NCBI GenBank assembly: GCA_963514005.1
Contig: OY740816.1
Location: 25,172,001-25,236,000 of the forward strand
DNA: 64,000 nt
Origin: Raja brachyura
Taxonomy: Eukaryota
Reading direction: 5' to 3'
In this document: one piece after another, positions 1 to 11,200 of the stretch
How the letters are laid out: the number at the start of each line of letters is the position of its first letter
How positions within the stretch are numbered: position 1 is the first letter of the stretch
The notes under the pieces: model-generated
The model's input: the letters and a program-made list of their open reading frames with translations, nothing else
Told to the model about the DNA's origin: nothing
Database searches by the model: none
Position numbers and translations under genes: made by a program

Positions 1-235
1 ATCTTTCTGAGGAAACTATTTTGTAACTTTTAATATGTACTTTGTAAATCGTGTTCCAAACCTGCCTGCATTGACTCTATTGGACGAGATAATTAAAAAT
101 GTTTAAATTTAAAAGATAAGCTTTATAAAACATTGGTTCTGAAAACGGCAACTTTTTTTTTTACAAATGTTAGTGATGTAGAATTGTATTGTCTTTGCCT
201 GAATAAAAGCACTTGTAAATGCATTTGTGTCTTAA
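1..235 (+). terminator. Probable 3' UTR end and polyadenylation site of an upstream same-strand gene
   Basis: AT-rich, repeat-free sequence with AATAAA at 202-207 followed by a GT/T-rich tract (tgtgtctt); typical 3' UTR composition. Confidence 0.45.
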
Positions 236-1224
236 GGTGTACCGTGATACTATGCCTGTATAAGGAGTTCCTTCAAAGATTCATGATCACATTAACCCTG
301 GTGGGAATACTGGTATTTTGGATTATAGTTTCTGTGACAAACAACATAGTAAATTAGAAACCAATTCTCTGGTGATAAGGTTCACTCTTCATTTGGTAAG
401 TTTATATTTGTATAAATCCGTATCTTTTGAAATAACATTTTCTTTAAAACCTAACGTTTTGACAATTGTCATTCCAGAATTCTGGGACCAAAATAGCAGC
501 AAACGTGTATCTAAAGAGCTCAAATCATTAGTTTATAAGTGAGTTTGGTATTCTGACTGCACATGCCCAGGTTATAGGTCACTGGAGATAAATATTGGAG
601 GGTGCGGATCTGCTGTGTGCTGTCTTTGGTTATCAGACCTTAGTTTCAGATGAGTGCTTTATACTTCGTGCTGCTCCGTGGGGTCGGGTGCCGACTGGTG
701 GAAGCTGTTGTGACTCCCGACGGAGAGGTTTAGTGGCGGCGGGGGGCTGAGCACCGGCCAGTGCGCTGCGGCGGGCCAGCCAAAATCTTTGGGGATGCTG
801 CCCGCTGTGTGCACTCCCGCCCGGGGGGGGGTTGGCCAACCTCCCTGGCGTCAACGGGGTTGTGCATGGGGTGCTATGGTGACTCGGCTTGATAGGCAGC
901 ATCCCTGGAGAAAAGGAATGGGTTCCTAGGGAGCAGGGGATGGGCTGAAGCAAGCGCCTTCCTCGGCAGTGCCCCTGTCATGAGGCGTGGGTATCTGCAA
1001 GCTCTCCCCTGTCTCCCACTGGCATCTGCCCTCTCTCTGTTACATGCGCTCTCCTGCTACCTGGCACCCCCGTTCCTCAGATTAAATATTTGTTTACACA
1101 TAAATCATGAATAAAGATAAGAATTTACATACAGTTTGTGCAGCTGCCGCTTCATTCACGTTTTGTTTATAGCTAGTGACCTTTGGCGACTCCCATGATT
1201 TCTTGCGTTTTTCAGAATACCAAA

Positions 1225-1830
1225 TTCACTTATTGTCACGTGCACAGAAGTACAGCAAAGTTTATTTGTTGCATTCTATCTAGTCAGCAGAAAGACTATA
1301 AATGATACAATCAAGCTGCCCAGTGTACCAATAAAAGGAATAACACTTAGTGCAAGATAAAGTCTTAATTAGAGACAGTCCGAGGGTCTCAAAATAGGTA
1401 GATGATGGTTTAGGGCTGCTCTTGAGTTGGCGATAGGATGTTCAGTTGCCTGATAACAGCGTGGAAGAAACTGTCCTTGAATCTGGAAGTATGCATTTTC
1501 ATACTTCTATGCTTCTTGCATGATGGGAGAGAACAGGTAGTAGCTGGGGTGGTGAGACTGTAATCTTTGATTATGCTGGCAGCCTTGCCAAGGCAGCATG
1601 AAATGTAGATGGAGTCAAAGGAAGGGAGGATTGTTTGCATGATGGTCTGGGCTGCGTCCACAATTTTTATGCAATTTCTTGAATGGAGTTGTACCAAAAC
1701 CATGCTGTGGCGCATCACGATAAAATGCTGTCTGCGGGGGGTGCACTTAAGTTGGAGAGAGTTGTTGGGGACATGGCAAACTTCCAAAGGCTTCTAAGAG
1801 AGGAGAAATGTTGGTGTGCTTGGTCAAGCG
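1225..1830 (-). mobile_element. Rex1/Babar-like LINE 3' fragment (degenerate)
   Basis: ORF 1410-1787 contains CLGKAASIIKD...SLPS...RSMKMHTSRFKDSFF..VIRQLN, the typical C-terminus of this LINE group; homologous to 45365-45628. Confidence 0.7.
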
Positions 1831-3314
1831 TCAAGTCAAGCGTGTTTAATTGTCATATGTACCAAAACATAACAATGAAATTCTTACTTTCAGCAGCGTA
1901 ATAGGTTTGTAAATGCAGTACTCAATAGATAACATAAACAAAATAATTCAATAAATCAAAAACCCCAATAAAGTGCAAAACAAAACCCCAGCTCCCAATC
2001 TTATTCCTCTGGAGAAAAAAAATAAGGGTCTCTTTGACCTACTATGCTGCTACAACTTTTCCAGAACCTCTTGGTCCTCCAGCTTGCATAAGAAGGTCAT
2101 CCATCATTCTTGCTATACTCCCAATCTGACAGTACCTTGATTTTAAAATGCTCATTTTTATTTTCAAATCCATTCCAGTTCTGCGACCTCTTCCACCCTT
2201 GGCATCCTTGGAAACTAGTCTCTTCCAATTCTGGCCTCTCAGCCATCCCCAATTTATTCACTCTATCATTAGTTGCCATTTGCCTGGGCTTTATGCTGCT
2301 CTGCAGTTCCACTATACCCTCCCCGCCCCCATTTTATGCACCTCTTACTGTACCTCCCCCCCCCCTTCCAATCTCTTTAAACCTCACTTTTTTTAACTAA
2401 TCTTTTGGAAACATTTGACTCGGTGATGAATTGTACTTGATAACTGTCCTGTGAAGGCACATTGGACATTTTACCAGATATTCTTCTATACTCAATGCAA
2501 TATAAACCTGCATACAACATTTTCAAAACTTTATAACATATAGATCTGAGGTTAATCTAGTGCATCTGCCATGTACACCCACAATACCATTATATCTTTC
2601 ACCTGATTTGGTGCCCTGAACTCCATTATCCTAAGTAGGGTGCAACAGCTTTATCTAACTGTAACATGGCTTTCAGCCTTTACATTCCAGGCCTCTTGCG
2701 ATGAGGCCAACATTCCATTTGGCTTTTTGTGATGTAATAGAAAGACAATAGGCAAATGCTGTCTGACATTCATGGGAATTAGCACCATTTTCAAGTCTCC
2801 AATCAAGCTATGGAGAAATCTACATCCAATTGTGGAGTCTTTTCCTGGCCAATATAGAGTATGCAGTCTCTCTCCATAGAGTTCAGAGGGCTTAGATACA
2901 AGTTTATAGAATTTAGGCACCCTGAACCAGCGTTATCAGAGTTTAACCAGCTAAAACACTACGGCTTGCCAAGGCTTCTTTCCATTGGTTAACCATTCTT
3001 CTGATGGACAGAGCTGAATATGAAGAATCAGGTAAGTAATTGTTGTCAAAATACTTATGTGGGATTCTTCTGATGGATCTGACTGCTCACTAGACTATTG
3101 GGTTAACCCTGGGCTATTCTGATCGGCAATGCTGCTCCCTGGACACCAAGTTTAGTTGTGTTTTTCTTATGAAAATGGTGAAGAGAAGAATATGATATCG
3201 AAATGGTTGAAGCATAGTGCTAATGGCTGACTGAAGACGTTATGCTAAGAGGCAAAGCATCTTGATGTTTTGAGGCAAAGCATCGTTGACTGGCTGAAAA
3301 CATGATGTCAGCGC

Positions 3315-3630
3315 ATTAATCACAAAGAGTGGCATCAGTTCCGCAGGGCTCGGCGCTTGGGCCGCTACTCTTCACGGTGTGAAATGATTTGGATGAGATG
3401 AGGAAATTGAAATTTTGCAGATTAAATAACGATGGGTCGAGGGGTAGGTAGAGCAGAGAAAACAGAAACCCTGCAGAAGGACTTGGACAGGTTGGGGAAA
3501 GTGGCAGAAGGAATACAGCATAGCAAAGTGTGGAGTCGTGCATTTTGGTAGGAATAAAGGTGTAAACTATTTTCTAACTGGGGAGAGAATTCAGAAATTG
3601 GAGGTGCAAAGGGACTTTGGAGTCAGCTGA
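3315..3630 (+). mobile_element. Degenerate CR1 LINE RT fragment
   Basis: gtggcatcagttccgcagggctcggcgcttgggccgctactc encodes VASVPQGSALGPLL (RT PQGS motif), followed by frameshifted CR1 sequence. Confidence 0.7.
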
Positions 3631-3679
3631 TGATTGTCCGGGGGGGGGGGGGGAGAGAGAGAGAGGGTGGTCTTCCTCT

Positions 3680-4000
3680 TGTTGCTGGTGATTTCGTACA
3701 AGCCCTTCCACACTGGAGATGAGTCATTAGCTGAGAACTTGCTCCTCAACTTCTCAGAGTGCCTTTCTTTGGTAGCTCTGATTCCTCAACTTGTACTTGG
3801 CCTGCCTGTAGTGGTCTGCATCCCTGCTCCTGTATGTCTCATCTTTAGACTGGCAGAGTTGTCTTGAGTTCTGCTATAAACCAAGGCTTGTCATTGTGGA
3901 ACCTTGTCCGGGTCCTACTGGGAATGCAACTGTCCTCACAAAAGCTGGCATATAAATGATTGAACAGGTTTATTGGCCAAGTGAGTACACATACAAAGAA
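3680..4000 (-). mobile_element. Rex1/Babar-like LINE fragment, interrupted by a CR1; continues at ~4980-5070
   Basis: Minus strand encodes YASFCEDSCIPSRTRTRFHNDKPWF; 3' sequence on both sides of the CR1 matches the copy at ~11290-11410. Confidence 0.55.
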
Positions 4001-4980
4001 TTTGCTCCCAAAGTGGATAACCTCACGTTTATCCACATTAAACTGCATGGCGGATGCAGTTTAATGTGGATAAATGTGAGGTTATCCACTTTGGGAGCAA
4101 AAACAGGAATGCAGATTACGATCTAAATGGTGTCGTTGGAAAAGGGAAAGTACAACGGGATCTGGGGGTCCTTGTTCATCAGTGGATGAAAGTAAGCATG
4201 CAGGTACAGCAGGCAGTGAAGAAAGTGAATGGCATGTTGGCCTTCATAACAAGAGGAATTGCCTATATGAGCAAAGAGGTCCTTCTGCAGTTGTATAGGG
4301 CCCTAGTGAGACCACAGCTGTGCATTTTTGAGGAAGGACATTCTTGCTATTGAGGGAGTGCAGCGTAGACTTACAAGGTTAATTCCCGGGATGGCGGGAC
4401 TGTCATATGCTGAGAGAATGGATCGACTGAGCTTGTATACTCTGGAGTTTAGAAGGATGAGAGGGGATCTTATTAAAACATATAAGATTATTAAGGATTT
4501 GGACTCGCTAAAGGTAGGAAACATATTCCCGATGTTGGAGTCCAGAACCAGGGGTCACAGTTTCAGAATAAGGGGTAAGCCATTTAGAACGGAGACGAGG
4601 AAACACTTTTTCCTCAGAGTTGTGAGTCTGTGGAATTCTCTGCCTCAGAGGGCGGTGGAGGCCGGTTCTCTGGATACTTTCAAGAGAGTGCTAGATAGGG
4701 CTCTTAAAGATAGCGGAGTCGGGAGATATGGGGAGAAGGCAGCAATGGGGTACTGATTGGGGATGATCAACCATGATCGCATTGAATGGCGGTGCTGGCT
4801 TGAAGGACCGAATGGCTTACTTCTTCTTGCGTATAGCGTGCAGAGCCTAAAGTTGTAGGACAACTTGTTCTATTTGATTGCACGCCAAGTTGATTGCATT
4901 CGTCGAAACAGGGCGGACCACGTGAAGTTTGCAATCTCCCAGCCCTGGCCTACTCCTGCACCTATTGTGTATTGTCTATT
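4001..4980 (+). mobile_element. 5'-truncated CR1 LINE (ORF2 C-terminus and 3' UTR) with 5' fold-back duplication
   Basis: ORFs 4054-4353 and 4328-4756 match the CR1 ORF2 end (MQFNVDKCEVIHFG, VQRRLTRLIPG, RMRGDLI, RTRGH); 3' UTR ends in (ctattgt)n. Confidence 0.9.
4822..4945 (-). mobile_element. HDV-ribozyme-headed short retroelement, copy 1
   Basis: Inserted in the CR1 3' UTR, TSD tggc(t/c)tact at 4813-4821 and 4946-4954; (GAA)n tail; ribozyme region 4892-4945 has mismatches in P1 and P3. Confidence 0.85.
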
Positions 4981-5324
4981 GCCTTGGTGCTCTGCTCACA
5001 AGTAACAACATGACATACAGTAAGCCATTAAGAATAAAACATAAAGCATTGAAACATTAAGAATAACACTTATTCATTCATGTCTATATATTCATCGAGG
5101 CCTGTGGTTGCTTCACTGAACACATTCCAATTTTGTGTCTATCTTTGGTGATTTGTGATAAGGCCATCCTCTGAAGTTTACGCCGCAGTTTGAAGGGAAG
5201 TTATGAATGAATAAGTGAAAGCCGGCCGTTGTCGGCGTAAGTTGCATTGGCCAAAACTATGACTAAATAAAATAAATATCTTGCCATCATTGACAAGAAG
5301 AAAGGGCAGCCTTGACCCGGCGTG

Positions 5325-5630
5325 GGGGGCGGGGCCATGGGCTGCGTGACGCGGTGGGGAGGAGGGCCCTTGAGCATGATTGACGTACATTCATCCAATC
5401 GGTCGTCTGGGGGCGCGACTATGGGTGCGTGACGCGTTGGGGGCGGGATCTTGAGTATGATTGACGTACATTCATCCAATCAGTCGCCTGGGGGCGGGAC
5501 TATGGGTTGCGTGACGCGATGGGGGGCGGGGCCTTGAGTATGATTGACGTACATTCATCCAATCGGTCGTCTGGGGGCGGGACTATGGCTTGCGTGACGC
5601 TTCTGCATGATTGACGCGCATACATCCAAT
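5325..5630. repeat. ~82-bp promoter tandem repeat, ~3.8 copies (GC box + 2x TGACG + CCAAT per unit)
   Basis: catCCAAT recurs with CCAAT at about 5396, 5476, 5559 and 5626 (spacing ~80, 83, 67); units are near-identical. Confidence 0.92.
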
Positions 5631-5938
5631 GGGTGGGAAGAGTGGGCGGGTCAGGGTGACGCGGCGGCATGTCAGCCAATGGCGGTGGACGTGGCCGTCG
5701 CCCTGGCGACCGGTATTGTGGGGCCTAGCGGAGGGCTGAGCCTGAGTGGGCCGCGGGTATCGGCGCCGCCAACATGGACACGGCCTCCTCCTTCCGCACG
5801 CCTTGCTCGCTCGGCGCCGCCCCTCACTCCGTCAGCCGGAGCCTATAGGCGGCCCCCGGAGGCGGGCCGCTGCCATCCCCCCTCCCCCCGCCGGCTCCGC
5901 TTTGGTGCCGCTGAGAGGGGGGACGAGGCGGAGGTGAG

Positions 5939-6047
5939 ATGAAGCTCTGGCGGCTTACGAGCCGCGAGTGGAACAAGGACAGCAACAGCAGCAGCCCCAG
6001 CATCGTCTACAAGGACCTCCATCCGAAGGCTCACGAGATTGAAACCG
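5939..6047 (+). CDS. prkaca: First coding exon (exon 1-1 position) of PKA catalytic subunit, MKLWRLTSREWNKDSNSSSPSIVYKDLHPKAHEIET|(V)
   Basis: ATG in CpG island; 109 nt, phase 1, donor G|GTGCGT; C-terminal KAHEIET-(V) aligns with KGSEQES-V of Calpha1; terminal G plus the TG that starts exon 2 in known PKA-C genes gives Val. Paralog assignment is inferred. Confidence 0.65.
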
Positions 6048-6082
6048 GTGCGTTCCGGGCGAGGGGTTGATCAATGGAGGAG

Positions 6083-6700
6083 GGAGAGACACTAAATACT
6101 GGGGGGGGGAGAGACACTAAATATTGGGGGGGGGGGAGAGACACTAAATACTGGGGGGGGGAGAGACACTAAATATTGGGGGGAGGGAGAGACACTAAAT
6201 ACTGGGGGGTGGGAGAGACACTAAATAGTGGGGGGGGGGGAGAGACATTAAATACTGGGGGGTGGGAGAGACACTAAATACTGGGGGGGGGAGAGACACT
6301 AAATACTGGGGGGGAGAGACACTAAATACTGGGGGGGGGAGAGACACTAAATAGTGGGGGGGGAGAGACACTAAATACTGGGGGGTGGGAGAGACACTAA
6401 ATACTGGGGGGGGGGAGAGACACTAAATACTGGGGGGTGGGAGAGACACTAAATACTGGGGGGTGGGAGAGACACTAAATACTGGGGGGTGGGAGAGACA
6501 CTAAATATTGGGGGTGGGAGAGACACTAAATATTGGGGGTGGGAGAGACACTAAATATTGGGGGGGGAGAGACACTAAATATTGGGGGGGAGAGACACTA
6601 AATACTGGGGGGTGGGAGAGCTACTAAATACTCGGGGGAGGGAGAGACACTAAATACTGGGGGGTGGGAGGGACACTAAATACTGGGGGGTGGGAGAGAC
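6083..6700 (+). repeat. G-rich minisatellite, ~24 units of ~25-27 bp (GGAGAGACACTAAATACTGGGGGG(T)G)
   Basis: Directly visible; G-run length varies between units. Confidence 0.97.
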
Positions 6701-7400
6701 AAAATGCTGGAGTAACTCAGCGGGTCAGGCAGCATTTCTGGAGAGAAGGAATGGGTGATGCTTAGGGTCGAGACTTTTCAGACAGAGTCAGGGGAGAGGG
6801 AAACAGCTATTGAAGGGTAAGGTGTGAAAACGACAGATCAAAGGTGATGATTAAGAAATGTAGAATGGTTCATTTCACAGGTAGACACAAGATGCTGGAG
6901 TAACTCAGCGGGACAAGCAGCAACTCTGGAGAGAAGGAATGGGTGATGTTTAGGGTTGAGACCCTTCTTCAGAATTCCTTCTCTTCAGAGATGCTGCCTA
7001 CCCTGCTGAGTTACTCCAGCATTTTGTGTCTACTTTTGATTTAAACCAGCATCTGCAGTTCTTTCCTACACATAGATTGGTTCGTTATTGACTATGGCGA
7101 AGGTGACAAGAAGGCATACAATCATAAAAATTAATCAGTAGGACAGTGAAACAAGTTGGAGAACTAGGGTGAGAGAGGGATGGAGAGAAAGGGAACGCCA
7201 CAGTTACTTGAAGTTAGAGAAATCAATATTCATACTGCTGCATTGTAAGCTTCCCAAGTGAAATATGAGGTGCTGATCCTCCAATTTACATTGGGTCTCA
7301 CTCTGGCAATGGAGGGGGCCCAGGACAGAAAGGTCAGAATAGGAATGGGAAGGGGAGTTAAAGTGTTCAGCAACCGGGAGATTATGCAGGCTTAGGCAAA
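6696..7400 (-). mobile_element. Penelope-like element 3' end: GIY-YIG endonuclease C-terminus plus pLTR
   Basis: ORF 7204-7446 ends PVAEHFNSPSHS..DLSVLG..HCQSE..KLEDQHLIFHLGSLQ.SSMNIDFSNFK, typical of the PLE GIY-YIG tail; followed on the minus strand by the pLTR repeat with a decayed hammerhead core (~6755-6781). Confidence 0.8.
6875..7072. mobile_element. Inverted (hairpin) pLTR insertion nested in the Penelope fragment
   Basis: gtagacacaagatgctggagtaactcagc ... gctgagttactccagcattttgtgtctac; flanked by imperfect direct repeats tagaatggttcatt (6861-6874) and tagattggttcgtt (7073-7086). Confidence 0.75.
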
Positions 7401-8052
7401 CTGGTGAGGGTGGTTTCACTCTAAAGGCATCTGTTCCACACTTCACCCATTGTGGGTTGTCCCTATCACCTCAATGAAAGGCAGCCACAGTATGTGCACA
7501 GAAAGATCCCAACAGTAAACATTGTCACAAACAACTTGCTTCCTTCCCTGGATTCTTCAGTCCCCACCCGGGGGGATGGTTTTGTTGTCTCTGGATAAAG
7601 GCAGCATCCCTACAAAAAAATATTCTTTGAGCAGAACCCAAATTCTCTGCTCCAGTGTGGGAGTGGAACCAATAGCTTGATTTGGAGACAATGTTCTTAA
7701 ATCTCTGACGGCTGACAGCTGGTCTGTTGGGGATTATAGCCTAAGAGCAGATGGAGAGTGAAAAGAAACCAGATTAAATCATTTTGGCATTGGTTTAACA
7801 AGGGCTTTCTAACAACATGGACAGTCATATTTACACTTTTAAACCTGCTCTGCAATTGGGTATAGACATTTTAATAATAAAATAGTGCAAGGCTGAGTTG
7901 GAGTATGTTTCCAAGTCAACAGCGCATTGTATAGTTAATTGCCTAGGATTTTTACATAATCACTTTACTTTGCAATTCTTGTTATTTTGCGGAAAATGAT
8001 CTTTAGATTAATGACAATGAGCGTTTTAGTACAGTTGTGGTACCCAAGGTAC

Positions 8053-8262
8053 AAATAGACAATAGGTGCAGGAGTAGGCCATTCGGCTCTTCGAGCCAGC
8101 ACCTACATTCAATGTGATCATGGCTCATCATCCCCAATCAGTACCCCGTTCCTGCCTTCTCCCCATATCCCCTGACTGCTGTTATTAAGAGCCCTATCTA
8201 GCTCTCTTGAACGCATCCAGAGAACCTGCCTTCACCGCCTTCTGAGGCAGAGAATTCCACAT
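8053..8262 (-). mobile_element. CR1 3' end fragment
   Basis: Reverse complement of the CR1 3' end at 4630-4980 (WNSLPQKAV..., tail caatagacaatag). Confidence 0.85.
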
Positions 8263-11200
8263 TCCAAATAAACATACATTTTCTATCATTGCAATGAAGA
8301 GACAGAAAATGTAAATAATCGGGAGTGGTGTTAAATGAGAAATTGCAGAAAATAGATTTTTTGTATGCAGTGTTTTGGAGAAACTAATGGGGGAACAGCA
8401 ATCAACAAATTGCCACGACTTGATCTGCATCCAAAAATTTGAAAGAGATAGAGGCAGTGAATCTGCCAGATGAAATCTTCCAAAATTTAATGGATTCTAG
8501 AAAGGTTCCCACACAATGGAACATAGCAATTGTAACACTGCTCCTTGAAGGACTACATACCAGATTATCAGTAGTAAGGAAGATCTTTCACTAAATATAT
8601 GCGTACAGGGCATTGTTTTAAAAGGAAATAAGGTTCAGTGCAAGTATTAGCCGTGACTGCATTAGGATTTGACTCCATCTAACACTGATTTCTGTAATAC
8701 TGCTTCTGGAAAATTGTATACACATATATGATCGCAATCTACAGAAGTATATACATACGATGAAGGGAGTGCTATTATGATTTGCAACATGTTAAGCAGA
8801 GGCTGCTTAGACTTGGGTTTAGAAAAATGGGACAATGCATTGAAACGTATATTAAAAAAATTCTTGAGAGTGTGTTCCCCAGGCTAGTTGGGTGGGGGCA
8901 AGAACAGAGCTGACCTTGAAATAAGGATCATTCGAAACAAATGGAAATAAGTCTATTTACCTTGAAACTATTGAATTTTAGGAATTATCTACCCGGTTGC
9001 TGAATATATTAGGATGAAAATGAATCTACTTTTGGATATTCCGTGAGTCAATGGGTAAGGGTTCTGTGCAAGAAAGTGGCACTGATGAGAAAATATAATT
9101 TATGCTTGTATTGAATGGTGGGTCACAGCTGTTATTTTATGTGAAACAAGAAATTCACATATTCATGAAATTCACAGGAGAATGGGCTAGAGAGAGACAA
9201 ATAGGTCAACCGTGATTGAATGGCAGAGTATACTCGATGGGCCGAATGGCCTAATTTTGCTCCCATGTCTTATGATCTTCTGTTATTATAACTTGATTTA
9301 TTTTTGCATGCTCCAAATCTGCCTTTCTACATTCACCAAATTCAACAAGATTTTAATTGCCTCTAACTGCAGCTAACTGTCTTGAATTAATTTTTATTGT
9401 ACGCTTTAGTGACTTTGGTAACCTTTATTCTGTGAATGCATAACTCTTAACACTGTGCTGTATGGTGTGAATGAGTTGGTGATGGGGCCTCAGTAATTAG
9501 TCAATTATTTGCCCTGTTTCTTCCTCTGACCTGGTCAAATCACAGTGATCAAAATATACAGCAGTCTCTCACAGCATCGGAGGACAAACTAACAACACCG
9601 ATGTAGATACCTTGATATGTAGCCACAAGATTCAAGTGATTCAAACTTGGTTCATGTAGAATTCATACACATTTTTATTCCATTGAGCTAGATTTGCAAA
9701 ATAATTCCAGGAATGGAAGAATGTTTAATCACACAATACCGATTTGTTTTTAAATGCTATGTAGGTTCTCACGAGGTGAGTGTGATTAGGGAGGTGGTGA
9801 AACCATATATCAAATTAAAATCCATATTCTTGGCTATTTTAGTTACTGACATTCAAGATTTTTGACTTCTGATTACAGAAATGCAGCCATCAGCCCCAAA
9901 TGGAAAGAGTAATTATTTCCAAAGATCTTGCCCAATGGTTTCACCCATAACAATGTGAAAATGTAACACAATTTATATTTGATTTGAGGACCACTGTGTT
10001 CCTTGGCCCACAATTTGGGGAAACGAGTGCGTTCCTTTAATGGTGACTTTTGTGCTCTGTATTGGAAACCATTGTACTCTGCCAGGAAGCCGCTGCCTGT
10101 GTGAGTTGGGTGTTGACTTGATTTGGGGGTAAAAGCTTGTTTGGAACTGATCTTATTGCTGCTACATTTTGCTGATTTCTGATTATAATTTAATTGTGCA
10201 TGTTTCATTTGAGAGTTTCATCTAAGTGTGGTGGTGCCTCTCTTGCTTAGTGGACCTGGCAACTTTAGACGCTTGTCTTTACCATCTGCATTCTTTAAAA
10301 CATTAGCTTCTGGCTTTCCTCTGTAGCTGACTTTAGTCTGGTTTAAGTAGCGGGTCGACCGTGCTTGTTCTCTGGTGTCAACACTGCACTGAGCCCTTCT
10401 GAGTTTGTGCTTATTCTGTGTGGTTTATTTTCCTAATCAGACACCCTTGTTTCTAGCCCTGTGGAGGAGCTTCTTCTGTTTCTCCTTTTGAAGGTGGAAC
10501 AACTTGAAAGTCAAGCCAGGACTGGAATCTCGCGCCAGCCAGAGTGAAGAGGAATGATGACTGTTAAAGGAGCAATACTTTAGAAATGAATTATTCTCAT
10601 TTCAAATGGAAAAATCACAATAAAAGCTTAAATTGGAAGAAAGACTTAAAATGGCTTCTGTGAAATGTACATGATGAAAAAATAGCAAAGATGACTATAA
10701 TTAAAATAAGTCGTGTAAAATTATAATTAACTGAGACATTTTCAACGACTGTGTTTGTTTATTGGAATTTGTGCAATATCAGTATTTTTATATGTTGACC
10801 AAAAATAATGGTCACCAAGTCTGTGCCTCTATTTTGAAGCATTTTATTTGCCCTGACTTCAATTTTTTAAAGCAGAAATATATCTTGTTAAAGTATAAGA
10901 CACTAGTGATTGGGATTGAAGGTTAGGTTGAGGCAGGTGGGACAGCCTGCTTGAAAGGTGAAGCTGAAATTTTCATTTTCTGGAAGAAAAATTGTGTGTG
11001 ATGGCCCGTTTTGGCCTTTGGTCCACTATGTTTAAAATCCTTGGTTCTGTTTTGAGGAAAGGTGTTGAAACAAACCTAGATATTCATGGGAGTCATTGTG
11101 CTCCTGAGGTATTCATGCAAATATACAATTCACTTGTGGTGGCATTTACTTGATGCTGTTTGGTTTGTCGAGTTACTTACAGACTCCAGTATCAGTTGAG

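Larger units (their letters stand above)
5220..6060 (+). promoter_or_regulatory. CpG-island promoter and 5' UTR of the PKA catalytic-subunit gene
   Basis: Most CpG-dense segment of the window; many GC boxes (GGGGCGGG), CCAAT boxes and TGACG motifs; no obvious TATA box; leads into the ATG at 5939. Confidence 0.9.

Noticed and set aside
633-1080. GC-rich block with a 106-aa minus-strand ORF
   Set aside because: No recognisable protein motif, splice pattern or repeat identity; left unassigned.
5607-5942. 111-aa GC-rich ORF and overlapping ORFs in the CpG island
   Set aside because: Low-complexity Pro/Arg/Ala translation expected from GC-rich promoter and 5' UTR sequence; no family similarity.
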